NCBI GenBank assembly: GCA_951406725.2 | Contig: OX597824.1 | Coordinates: 48,980,001 to 49,044,000 of the forward strand | Source of the DNA: Octopus vulgaris | Taxonomy: Eukaryota | Direction of reading: 5' to 3' | DNA: 64,000 nucleotides | Shown here: positions 25,665 through 38,211 of the stretch, one piece after another | Position numbering within the stretch: the first letter of the stretch is position 1 | How the letters are laid out: each line of letters opens with the position of its first letter | Position numbers and translations under genes: made by a program | Notes under the pieces: model-generated | Database searches by the model: none | What the model saw: the letters and a program-made list of their open reading frames with translations, nothing else | Told to the model about the DNA's origin: nothing

Positions 25665-27878
25665 ACCTTTGGTTAAGTCATTTCCGAAGATATGTCAGTC
25701 TTTCTAAAATATTAAATACAATACTGTACTGTTAGTTCTGGGTTGTATCAATTGGTTGCCTTCGTATTCATCTCTGGGAAATAAATAAAAAAGCAATAGA
25801 AACATATAATCTGTATAGCATATTAAAATTAATGTTAAAATACTGTGTGCATCATAAAGATTTGAAATTTGTTTAAAAACAAAGACATTGAAAGTTACAG
25901 GTTAATGGTAAAACAAATCTGAACAAGTGTACTAGTTCAGATGTTTTCCAATAGTGGGGATTCGTGCTCCAGCCACAAGCTTTTCAAATGTGTTCACGTC
26001 GACAGTGCTGTGAAATTTTGTACAATTATTTTTGTGATTTACATTTTAGCCCCATGGCTCCAAAGAAGAATCCTAGTCAAAGTGGTAAGCATAAAGCCAT
26101 GTTGTTGGAAGATAAAGTGGATATAATAAAATGATATGAAAAGATTGTAGCCATTGCACGATTGTTTGAGATGAACTGTACAACTGAATCAGCAATTGTG
26201 CACAATAGAGATAGGATTATGGCACATGTGAAAGATGATGCTCCAGGGATGAAAAGTACCATCATCAACAAGAAAAGAGGACGAATCTATGAAGAGATGG
26301 AGCAGCTTCTTGCCCTTTGGGATGAAAGGCAGAATCATCAGCAAGCAAGTTGTAGTCAGGAAATAATTCAGGAGAAAGCATTGTCTTTGTTTGAAGATTT
26401 GAAAGACATAAAATTTAAGGCAAGTCAGAGATCGTTTATGATATTTAAGCAGCAACAGAATTTGCACTCCCTCAAGAAACAAGGTGAAAGCACATCGGGT
26501 GACGATGTTGCTGCAGTGGAATTTCCTGCTACATTAGCGAAGATTATTGAAAATAATGGATTTCTACCCAAACAAATATTCAATGTTGTTGAGACTGGTA
26601 TCTACTGGAAGAAATTACCAGATCATTCTTTCATATCCAAGGAAGAGTAAAGAATTCCTGGCTACAGAGTATCAAAAGAACATTTGACCTTAATGTTGGA
26701 AGGCAATTGCAAGCTAAAACAGCTGCTTGTATATCACGTGCTGAACTCCCGAGTTCTTAAGAACATGCCCAAGGCATCTCTTCTTGTAATATGGATAGTC
26801 AATTCAAAGACTTGGGTCACTGTCATTATTTTTGAAGAATGGTTTTTCAATCATTTTGTTCCTGAAGCAAAAAAGTACTGTAAGGCTAAAAGGATTCTTT
26901 TTAAAGTTCTGCTTGTCTTAAATAATACTCCAGGCTACCCGAAAAACATCGGAGATTTCCATCCTTGTGTTACTGTTATCTTCTTCCCTCCTAACACTAC
27001 CTCACTGCTGCAGTCAATAGACCAGGGGATAATTGACATTGATGAAAGCATTACAGTCCATGACTTTTGAGAAAGTTACAACATCTACAAAGCCATAGTG
27101 AACATAGCAACTCCGTGGAGCTATGAATGGTGTGTGGAAGAAGCTGTACCCATAATTTGTCAATGACTTTAAGGGCTTTGACAATGTTTAAGTGAATAAG
27201 ACCTTGGTGCAGTTGAGCAATGAACTGGAAATAGAGTTGGAAGAACAGATTTTAATGAATTATTTGAGAAAGATAAACAGTCCCTAACAAACAAAGAGTT
27301 GATGGAACTTCATGAGCAAAAGGAAAAGAAAGAAGAAAAACCTGATCCTGAGCCTCATCATTTTATGTTGAAGAAAATGCAAGAGGCTTTTTTCTCATTT
27401 CGATAAATGTCTTGCTTTATTTGAGGAAATGTATCTCAATACACAGTGTTTTGTAAAAATATTGGTGGGTTGTCAAGATACTATTGCACCTTATTACTTA
27501 ATCCTTGAAGAGAAGGAGAAAAAGACAATTCAAGGAACTTTAGATAAGTTCGCACAACAATCTACACCATCACAACAGGAGTCAGCTGACAATCCCCAAC
27601 CATCGACATCTAGTGTGTAATCTCCTCCCACACCAGCCTCAACAAGTAACACCAATGTTAGCTATCAGGTAGGCAAGATTACAGTATTTGAAATTATTTC
27701 TTTCTAATATAAAAACAGCTTAGGCTTGCCTAACAATTAACCAAATCCATAGACTAACATAACAACTTAGGCTAACCTAGGTTTTAATTATTACATCTAT
27801 ATATATTTAAATAATGGTTATTTCTACCTAAATCATGTCCTCTAGAACCAATTAATGATGTAAGGTGAGGTATGATTG
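25665..27878 (+). mobile_element. Tigger/pogo DNA transposon with decayed transposase (ATG 26054 to ~27620)
   Basis: CENP-B-like HTH (EEMEQLLALW...IQEKALSLF, FKASQ), IFNVVETGIYWK, LLVLNNTPGYP, FFPPNTTSLLQSIDQG; right TIR ...gtgaggtatgattg|TA. The left end is not identified. Confidence 0.9.
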
Positions 27879-28248
27879 TATATATGTGTGTGTGTATTGA
27901 TGTCTCCTTGTCTTGATATCGTGTGACCATTATAAACATGTGTCACCATCATACAGGTTGCGATTTTTACTTCCAATCTTTTGTGAAAACATCTGGTCAT
28001 AGGTTAATATTACCTTACTTGGAAACAGGTAAGGGTTGGCAACAGGAAGGGTATCCAGCCATAGAAAATTATTTTCAACAAATTCTTTCTAACCCATGTG
28101 AATACAAGTGGGTGTATAAACAATGATTGCGATGATAATGTTGAGCCTCTTCCAGTTGCCCTTTACCAAATTTACTCACAAGGCTTTGGTCAGCCCAGGG
28201 TTCTAAAAGAAGACACTTGTTCAAAGTACCACACACTAGTACTATATA

Positions 28249-29057
28249 CAAGGTGGTATCAAAAATTCCCAGACTAGTTCTGTTGTGTGCCAACAGGTGG
28301 CAGCACATGGTTGTGTGTACAATGAGAGCTAGCAGTGACCTTCATGAGGCAGTATGCTGTAGTCTTGAATTTTTGTCAAGGACAGGAAGTTGGAGCAAAG
28401 AGCCAATGTGAAATTTTGTGTTAAACTTGGGAAGTCTGCTTCAAAGATATTGAGCAAGCTTACGGCAACAAGGCAATGGATTATATGCAATGCTTCAAGT
28501 GGCACAGGTGCTTGAAAGGTGGAAGAATGCCTCTGGAAGACCTGCTACAAGATTCACCCCCATAAATGTGGTATTGTGCATTGGGAATTCATTCCCCCAG
28601 AGCCAGTCAGCAATCGTGAGTTCTACTGTGATGTTTTGAATAGTTTGAGGGAGGACATTCGGCAAAAGCAACTGGACCTGTGGAGTGTGAAGAACTGGAT
28701 TCTTCACTAAGTTCTCCTCATTCCTGAGTTTGTTTCCAAAAAGAACATGGTATCACTTCCGCACCCACCCTCTTCACCAGATTTAGCACCTGCAGACTTC
28801 CATCTCTTCCCCAAGATGAAAATGCAGCTCAAAGGTTACCATATTAACGCTTTTGTTGAGATCCAGAGCAAATCACAGAAGGTCCTCGACTCACTTACAG
28901 AAAACGTTTCACAGACTGGATTCCAAAAGTGTTGACAATGCTAAGACTGATGTGTTGCTGTGCAAGGTGGCTATTTCAAAGGAGATGATGTTAAAACTTA
29001 GGTAAAGTTATTTTTTATTAGACATAACTAGTCTGGGAAACTTTTGTTACCACCTCA
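28249..29057 (+). mobile_element. internally deleted mariner element
   Basis: TA|caaggtggtatcaaaaattcccagactagtt...aactagtctgggaaacttttgttaccacctca|TA; EQRANVKFCVKLGKS, GIVHWEF, HPPSSPDLAPADFHLFPKMK. Confidence 0.92.
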
Positions 29058-30042
29058 TATACATATATTTAATACATATATGTGTGTGTGTATTGGTGCC
29101 TCCTTGTCTTGGTATAGTGATCATTATAAACATGTGTCACAATCATACAAGTTGTGTCTTTTACTTCCAATCCTCTGTGAAAACATCTGGCCATGGGTAA
29201 ATATTACCTTACTTGGAAACGGGTAAGGGTTGGCAACAGGAAGGGCATCCAGCCATAGAAAATTATTTTCAACAAATTCCTTCTAACCCATATGAACATA
29301 AGTGGACATATAAACAATGATTGTGATGATAATGTTAGGTCTCTTCCAGTTTCCATCTCCCAAATCCACTCACAAGGCTTTGGTCAGCCCAGGGCTATAG
29401 AAGAAGACACTTGTCCAAGATACCACACTATGGAACTGTACCTGAAACCATATGGCACAGGACTGAGAAAATTTTGTTTGAGATAATAAAATGCTTCTTC
29501 CCATGAATTCAAGTGTTTGCCATTGAAATGTGACACCACACAAAGGTGTGATATCACTTATCAAAGATCCAAAGTGAGGTGAAGACCCAGTCTGCTATTG
29601 AGGATCCAATCCATATACAATTCTTATAAAATTTCTAATGATGAGAATTATACTTGATAGTGGGGAACAAGCCAGTTAAACCTGGCTACAACATCAATGC
29701 GTTTTCAAAGTAAGGCAAAATAATGTTTCATGCTGTCTCACTGTAAAACAAGCTACTTTCCTATCATAGTCCTTTCATTGCCATTAGTAAAGGCACCTGA
29801 CTCCAAAAACAAAAATAAAGACATACCAACAAGAAAGGATTTATGTGGTTGTTCAGCATGCTAGAAATATCAACCAATTCTCCATCAAATCCACCATGAC
29901 ATCTTAGAAAAAAAGGCATATTGTCTAATGTGAACTTGGTGAACTGTGTCTAAGAAAAAGATGATATGGCCACAGCTCTGTCAAGGTTGACTTTGGGTCA
30001 AACAACTAAAAACGAAGAGTTTTGTGATATTTTTTTAAATTA

Positions 30043-32185
30043 GTCATACCCAATGACTGGCGTAGCAGCACCATAGTCAACTGCTACAAGGGTAAGGGTG
30101 ATGCTCTAGATAGAAATAACTACAGGGGTATTAAACTGTTGGACCAGGTGATGAAGGTCACAGAGAGGGTCATAACCCATCTCATTAGGGAGAGAATTTG
30201 CTTAGATGAGATGCAGTTCGGTTTTGTGCCAGGTAGAAGCACCACTGATGCTATATTCCTGGTCCGACAACTGCAGGAGAAGTACCTAGCTAAAGATAAA
30301 CCCCTCTACATAGCTTTTGTGGACTTGGAGAAAGCCTTTGACAGGGTTCCCCGTTCCCTTATCTGGTGGTCGATGCGGAAACTGGAGATTGACGAATGGC
30401 TAATAAGGGCTGTACAGGCTCTATACAGAGAGGCTATCAGCAAGGTTAGGATTGGCAACGAATATAGTGAAGAATTCCGGGTAGAAGTAGGTGTACACCA
30501 GGGCTCAGCCCTCAGTCCCCTTTTATTCATCATAGTCCTCCAGGCAATAACAGAGGAATTCAAAACAGGTTGCCCCTGGGAGCTCCTCTATGCTGATGAC
30601 CTGGCCCTCATAGCAGAATCACTACCGGAACTAAAAAAGAAATTTCGGGTGTGGAAACAAGGGTTAGAATCAAAGGGCCTTAGAGTAAATGTAGCGAAGA
30701 CCAAAGTTATAGTATGCAGAAAGGCGAACTCAGCACACACCCCATCAGGCAGGTGGCCCTGCTCGAGCTGTGGGAAAAGTGTAGGTAGAAACTCCATAAG
30801 ATGCACCCAGTGTAAGCTATGGACGCATAAGAGGTGCAGCAACATCAAAGGCAAATTAACTGATAAGATAGCTTTCATGTACGGCAGATGCACAGGGACA
30901 ATAGACACCACAAATACTCAGAAAACAGATTCCATCACACTCCAGGGGGAGAAACTAGAAGTAGTTGATAGTTTCCGCTACCTGGGTGACCAAGTTAGTA
31001 GTGGGGGTGGATGCTCAGAGAGTATCACCACTAGAATACAAATAGCCTGGGCAAAGTTTAGAAAACTCCTACCCCTACTGGCGACAAAGGGTCTCTCACT
31101 CAGAGTGAAAGGTAGATTGTATGATGCATGTGTGCGAACTGCCATGCTTCATGGCAGTGAAACATGGGGCGTGACTTCAGAGGACATGCGTAGACTTGAA
31201 AGAAATGAAGCTAGCATGATCCGCTGGGTGTGTAATGTCAGTGTGAATGCACGACAGAGGGTAAGCACCCTGAGAGAAATGCTAGGCATAAGAAGCATCA
31301 GATGCGGTGTGCAAGAGCGAAGCTTGCGATGGTATGGTCATGTGTGAAGAAGTGCCACTCCCGAACAGTTGAAGGAATCAGGGGGAGAGGTAGACCCATG
31401 AAGACATGGGATGAGGTAGTCAAGCATGACCTCAGAGCGTTGGGCCTCACTGAGGCAATGGCGAAGGACTGAGATCTCTGGAGATGTGCTGTGACTACTA
31501 AGACCCGGGATGCTTCCAGCACCAGTTCCGCATAGCCTCTGCCCATTCAAAGTACCTTGGATCCCGGAACATCTCGCTATGCTTGAGGAGACCTGTTGAG
31601 TCAAGTGCATGTACATGAACATCGAACCAAATATCAATGGAAATAGTAGTTGTGATACCTGTGCCAGTGGCACATAAAAAGCACCATCCGAACGTGGCCG
31701 TTGCCAGTGCCGCCCCGACTGGCTTCTGTGCCGGTGGCACATAAAAAGCACCATCCGAACGTGACCGATGCCAGCCCCGCCCGATGGCTTCTGTGCCGGT
31801 GGCACATAAAAAGCACCATCCGAACGTGGCCGATGCCAGCCCGCCTCGACTGGCTTCTGTGCCGGTGGCACATAAAAAGCACCATCCGAACGTGGCCAAT
31901 GCCAGCACCGCCTCGACTGGCTTCTTTGCCGGTGGCACATAAAAAGCACCAACCGATCGTGGCCGATGCCAGACCCCTCTGGCACCTGTGCAGGTGGCAC
32001 GTAAAAAGCACCCACTACACTCGCGGAGTGGCTGGCATTAGGAAGGGCATCCAGCTGTAGAAACACTGCCAGATCAGACTGGAGCCTGGAGCAGCCACTG
32101 GCTCCCCAGACCCCGGTCGAACCGTCCAACCCGTGCTAGCGCGGAAAACGCACGTTAAACGATGATGATGATGATGATGATGATG
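30043..32185 (+). mobile_element. 5'-truncated RTE-clade LINE: RT, PHD-like finger, 3' repeat array and (GAT)n tail
   Basis: ORF 30139-31347 contains QFGFVPGRST, FVDLEKAFDRV, GVHQGSALSP, YADD, FRYLG and LHGSETW; tandem hairpin units at 31658-32010. Confidence 0.95.
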
Positions 32186-32837
32186 AAAGCCATATAAATT
32201 AAAAACGTTTGATTATCATCATTGAACATCTAGCTTTCATGCTGGTGTGGGTTGAATGGTTTGACAGAGTCTGACAAGATGAGGAACTGCATCATGCACC
32301 ATGCTAAAGTAGACATTGTGTCTACTTTGACATGGTTTCTAGAGCAGATTTGCCAACCACTTTACAGAGTGGACTGGATGTTTTATTCACAGCACCAACA
32401 CAAGTAATCCTTGCCTCATATCTTGCAAGTTTTCTCTCCCTCTCTCTCTACCAAATTTTTATTACTTCTGTTACATTAGTGTCACATGTAGTGTTACACA
32501 GTAAACATATAGAAGGGGACGGGGAGAGAAATGACAATCATATCAGCTTTTAAATATGTACAAAATTATTCAAGCTGTAGATTTAAAAAAAATTAAATGT
32601 CACTATAAAGTAAATAAGGATGTAGAAGATGTAAAAGAATTGTGACTCCTGTTGTTACACTTGCATCAAATTTTGTGTTACTTAGCAAACATATAGAAGG
32701 TGGAATAAAGATACAATAAATGCATAAGTTTTTAAATGTTTATAACATTGTTTAATCTATATTTTAAATTAAATTCCTCAATGAAATAAATAAATATGAA
32801 CAGTGAAAATTTTAATTAATTTATGTGACACGTAACT

Positions 32838-33153
32838 GTGCTGGTGGCACGTAAAAAGCACCATCCGAACGTGGCCGATACCAGCTCCGCCTTGACTGGC
32901 TTCCGTGCCAGTGACACATAAATAGCACCAACCGATCATGGCCGTTGCCAGCCTCGCCTGGCCCCTGTGCCGGTGGAACGTAAAAAGCACCCACTACACT
33001 CATGGAATGGTTGGCGTTAGGAAGGGCATCCAGCTGTAGAAACACTGCCAGATCAGACTGGAGCCTGGTGCAGCCTCCTGGCTTCCCAGACCCCAGCCGA
33101 ACTGTCCAACCCATACTAGCATGGAAAACGGACGTTAAACGATGATGATGATG
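32838..33153 (+). mobile_element. RTE 3' module (repeat units plus tail)
   Basis: Same units and ggttggcgttaggaagggcatccagc...acgttaaac(gat)n end. Other copies lie at ~33465-33910, 35437-35970, 49895-50310 and 59720-59875 (+) and 48437-48690 (-). Confidence 0.85.
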
Positions 33154-34856
33154 ACTAAATTTTGTTTCTTTTAATCTTTTTTCTCTTGATGTCTTTTTTA
33201 TATATGGTTTCTTAATTAAAAACAAGACCAAAGTATATCTGATGTTCAAGAGAAAATCCACGGAAATGAAACCTATTGCTAATGGGCAAACAGAAGAGAG
33301 GGAGTGGATGATGATCCCAAATGGAGAGATGAAGGAATTGTAAGAAAGAGGGAGGAAGGGAGGAATATTGCAGGGAACAGGGGGAGAGGGAAGGAATTAA
33401 TGAGAGGGCTGAGAAAAAAGGAAGAGAAGGGGTTGGGAAGGGCAGATTAGTGATTGCTAATACATAAATCGAAATCAAAATCAAATTCGATGACTGGCAT
33501 CCATGCTAGTGGAGCACTAAGAGCACCATCCGAACATGATTGTTGCCAGAGCAGCTGACTGGCTTCCATGCCGGTAGCACATAAAAAGCACCATTTGAGC
33601 GTGATTGTTACCAACGTCGCCTTACTGGCACGTGAAAAAATATTTGAGCGAGGTCGTTGCCAATGCCACTGGACTGGCTCCTGTGCAGGTGGCACATAAA
33701 AATGCCACTGGACTGGTGCTGGTGGCACGTAAAAGCACCCATTACATTCTTGGAGTGGTTGGCATTAGGAAGGGCATCCAGCTGTAGAAACTCTGCCAGA
33801 TCAGATTGGAGCCTGGTGCAACCATTTGGTTTGCCAGTCTTCAGTCAAATCATCCAGTCTATGCCAGCATGGAAAGCAGACATTAAACGATGATGATAAT
33901 GATGATGATGAAATCAATACCTCAACGTTTCACACCCTTCCACAGTTACATCAGTTACTTATTACTCTATTTCAGTTAGCTTTTCAGAATAATAGTATTA
34001 TTAGCATTAGATAACACATCTATTTTGGTGTAAAACCACTTATGAAAGACATATCATTTCACCTATTATTGAAAGCAGTTCTCTATCATGGCCTTGGCTA
34101 CAGTAAGTAAAAGAAACTATAGAGCATAGCTGAACATGCAGAACATTTGATCCAAACATTATCACATTTTTCCAGTCCACTCAGCTAGCAAAATTGAGTA
34201 GTACCTGTATTTCAAAAGACAAGCCTTGTCGCATTTTGTGTCATGCTGAATCTCCCCCAGAACTACATTAAGGGTACATATATCTGTGAGGTGCTCAGCC
34301 ACTTGCGTATTAATTTCATAAGCTGGCTGTTCCATTGATTAGATCAACTGGAACCCTTGTCATCATAACCAATACAGTACCAGTTATATACTGTCCCTTA
34401 TTAACAAGGATCCTGTTAGGTATATCACATGGAACACAGTCTCTTCCCCGAACGCATTAACTATCCTTCACACTCTATATTAACTGCATCAGTTTCACTT
34501 TTTCCACCACTCTTCTGATCTGAGCAATGGTCATTTTTCAGTCTTGCAGAGGTGAGATGGCCGAGTGAATATAGTATTAGACAAACAACAGCTCTTATAT
34601 TACAAGTTCAGATCAAATCCAGGCATTCCATATTTCATTGATTATATTTCAAGGCAAAACACTTGAGGATGATGTTTGTGATAGACTGTGAGTTCTTAAA
34701 AGTTCTGAGACAAGGGAAAGCAGTTACCTGTTATGCCACATCATTAATTTAGAACCAAACCCTTGATTTTCTGACATTATAAAAAGGCAACAAAATCAAG
34801 CTATAATATGTGTGAACATTATTTTCAATACAAAATTATTTCTTTTTTTTCAATAG

Positions 34857-35205
34857 GTTTTTCAAAAATATAATTCAGGACATACCTATTAGAAAAAAAA
34901 CAAAACAAGAGAAGAAAGCAAAGATGACAGAACTACTATCAAAAATAGATTCTCCTGAATTTCATGCTTTATTTACTCCCCAACTGGAAATACTTATCAA
35001 AGTGTTTAAAAAACACAACCATATGCTCAGGATTACTGGTGGAGCAGTACGAGATCTTTTAATGTGGATAGGGCCAACTGACATTGACTTTGCTACAACA
35101 GCCAGCCCTGAAGAAATGAAGATAATATTTACTGAAGAAGGTATCCGAATGATTAACCTGAATGGTGAAAAGCATAAAACTGTCACTGTAAGAATTAATG
35201 ACAAG
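34857..35205 (+). CDS. TRNT1: CCA-adding enzyme / tRNA nucleotidyltransferase-like, coding exon with motif A
   Basis: Acceptor (tttttttcaatag) at 34855-56. The frame is open through FFKNIIQDIPIRKKTKQEKKAK into M(34924)TELLSKIDSPEFHALFT...RITGGAVRDLL...DIDFATTA...IRMINLNGEKHKTVTVRINDK, followed by a phase-0 donor GTAAG at 35206. GGAVRD and DxD are class II nucleotidyltransferase motif A. Orthologue versus paralogue is unresolved. Confidence 0.92.
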
Positions 35206-36000
35206 GTAAGGCATTATTCACATAACCTGTTATTAAACTTAACTTGTTTTTCCACTTCTTTAATCTGTTAATGTTTGTCTATTTTCTGATTTGAAAGGAT
35301 TTAATCTTCGTCCAGTCTAGATAAATTTCATTAAAGGATAAAGTCTTTTCCATTCAATCATTCGTTTTACATCTATTTTTTCATTCTTGCATGGGTTAAA
35401 CAAATATATATATATAAATGATGATATATATTAATGACATTGGATGAGGTGGTGAAATATGATCTTCAGATGTTGAATGTCACAGAGGCAATGACAAGTG
35501 ACTGAGACTTTTGGCAATTTTCTGTGCTTGAGAAGACAATTATGATTTCACTTAGCTTGATATGTCTTCTCAAGCTAAGTGAAATCATAATTGTGCCCAG
35601 TACCAGTGACACATGAAAGGCACCTGTGCCAGAAACATGCAAAAGACACCCATACCAGTGACATGTACAAGGCACTTGTGCCAGTGGCACATAAAAAGCA
35701 CCTGTGCCAGTGACATGTAAAAGACACCCATACCAGTGACATGTACAAGGCACTTGTGCCAGTGGCACATAAAAAGCACCTGTGCCAGTGACATGTAAAA
35801 GACAACCTGTACACTCTATGGAGTGGTTGGCATTAGGAAGGGCATCCAGAAACCAAGCCAAAACAGACAGGAGCTTGGTGCAGCTCTCCGGCTTGCCAAT
35901 TCCAGTCAAAACCATCTAACCCATGCCAGCATGAAAAACAGACACTAAATGATGATGATGATGATGATGATAAATATATATATACATACACTCACATATA

Positions 36001-37508
36001 CACTGAACTGTGAAAGAAACGCGAGACGTGTGACTGTGAGATATGTTTTTATTTCATTATGTCAGAGATAAATTTTGATAAATCTGATAAAGTCAATTTC
36101 TTGGATGCACTTTGACCACAGTCTGTGGGTTGTTGTCATGTGTTCTGGTAGTGGGCGGATCCAGCACATTGAGATTATAGGGCATGACATGTTCCATACC
36201 GCGTATGCCCTCCCTAGGTGTTCAAAGAGGCTATATACCATTGGTACATGGAGTGCATGAGGCAGTTCGCAAAAGCCATTGGCACCTGTGCTTACACCTT
36301 GAGGAAAGCAACCTCCAGTTAACACAAGTTGTTGGCCTTGGGACCACCTGGTTCAGCCGTCTCTGGATTTCATCCCACTGGTGTTCAATTGGGTTTAAAT
36401 CCAGGTTGAGAGCTGGCCACAACATGATTCTGATGTTGTGCTGACACAGGAAGTCCATGGTCACCCTGGCCATGTGGGAGGGAGCATTGTCCTGCTGGAA
36501 CACATAGCTATGGTGACACACAAAGAAGGGCACAATGTGAGGTCTTAGGATCTGGTCAATGTAGTGTTGCGCTGTGATGCCATTCCCTCTGCCTGCACTA
36601 ACATTTTGGAACACATGGGGCTCAATTCTCTGATTCAGGCCTATAGCACCCCAAACCATGATGCTTTGGCCACCCCATGCATCTCTAGCATTCACCCCAC
36701 CTATGTCACACTCTCACTCTGCCATCTGAGGTGGAAATGCAGCACTGGCTCTCATCAAAGAAACTATCGACCTTCATTGTTGATGCCACCAATATCGGTG
36801 CTGTGTAGCCCACTGTAGTCATGCCTGATGATGGCAGGTGGTGAGGACAGGCCCTCGAGCAGGACAACAGCAAGTTGTTGGCAGCCACTCGACATCATAC
36901 CATGTCGTCACTGATGGGTTGCTGTCCAGTGCCAATGGTCTCACAAGCTGTCATGCTGGCCGGTCTGAAGTGATCACAGCGGTGTTGCAGGTGGATAAAG
37001 TGGTCCTGCCTGGGCATTGTCACCCAGTGATGCCCTCTGCAGGCACAGTCTACAGTGCTGCTGGTGTTGGTGTATCATTGTATCAGGCAATAGATGGTGC
37101 TGACATGGACATTGTAAGCTTTCATAACAACCAGGGCATGCTGTCCTGCTTGCAATCAGCCAATAGCTTGTTCTCTCTGCACTGCTGACAACCGGGTCAT
37201 ACCTGATGTGTCCAAATTATTAATGCCAGACACATACTTCAAGTTAATTTATACCCAAAACCTCCACAAGATGCACGTGCATGTCAGTTTCCATGACAAT
37301 TGTTTGTGACTGCCACTCACGGCATTCAAAGCAGCTGCATTTTGGCATCTCATTTCAGGAAAAGTTGAAAGGTTACCTGCAATTTAGGTCTCAGCCATAA
37401 ACCAGCATGTCTTGCAATATTTACACTTACATCCTCAAAATAAATTTTTAGAATTTACCATATAAAAATGACATTTGAAAAAAAACGCGTTTCTTTTGCG
37501 GTTCAGTG
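36001..37508 (-). mobile_element. full-length Tc1-like transposon with pseudogenised transposase
   Basis: TA|cactgaactgtgaaagaaacgcg...cgcgtttcttttgcggttcagtg|TA; ATG ~37200 MTRLSAVQREQAIG*; FFDES, GGQSIMVWGAI, FQQDNAPSH, WPALNLDLNPIEH. Confidence 0.95.
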
Positions 37509-37551
37509 TATGTGTATGTATATATATATATATATATATCTGTATATATAG

Positions 37552-37958
37552 GCACAGGCATGGCTGTGTGGTAAGAAGCTTGCTTCTCAACCACATGGTT
37601 CCAAGTTCAGTTCCACTGCGTGGCGTTTTGAGTATGTGTCTTCTACTAAAGCTTCAGGCCAACCAAAGCCTTGTGAGTGGATTTGGTAGACAAACTGAAA
37701 AGAAGTCCATCGTATATGTCTGTGTGTGCGTGTGTGTCTGTGAGTGCATGTGTGTCTGTGTGTGTGTGTGTCTGTGTGTTTGCCCCCTACCACCATTTGA
37801 CACACCTGTAACTTAACAGTTTGGCAAAAAAATCCCAGTAGAATAAGTATGAGGCTTAAATAAAATAAGGCCTGGGGTTGACTTGATCAACTAAAACCCT
37901 TCAAGGCAGTGCCCCAGCATGGCCACAGTCAAATGACTGAAACAAGTAAAAGATAAAA
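37552..37958 (+). mobile_element. CORE-type tRNA SINE (octopus OR-like) with an internal (GT)n linker
   Basis: tggctgtgtgg A-box, gttcagttcc B-box and a CORE-like segment. Other copies lie at ~23884-24200, 24748-25107 and 40462-41643 (split) on +, and 39810-39970 and 54300-54575 on -. Confidence 0.8.
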
Positions 37959-38171
37959 GACATATATTTATATATATATATATATATTATTGATGCATTG
38001 TATTATAGCTGGATACCTTTCCTGTCACTAACTTTTAATTGTTTTTCAAGTAAGAGATTTTTTACTCCACACATCTATGGATGCATGAAACAAGTAGACA
38101 AGTTATTGACAGGAGAAATGATACAGCACCACTCACAGCAACTGCCCTAACACACAGATGTAAACAAATAG

Positions 38172-38210
<39 letters not shown>

Positions 38211-38211
<1 letters not shown>

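Noticed and set aside
31658-32010. CRISPR-like repeat/spacer appearance
   Set aside because: The variable parts are short, related hairpin loops inside a LINE 3' UTR; no cas genes; eukaryotic context.
31338-32129. 263-aa and 316-aa (38756-39706) antisense ORFs with repeated GAFYVPPAQ
   Set aside because: Antisense to the RTE 3' array; they stay open because the repeat is GC-rich, and frames differ between copies.
35206-35271. ORF-track extension VRHYSHNLLL... of the TRNT1-like ORF
   Set aside because: Intron read-through past the GTAAG donor; homology resumes at 46296.
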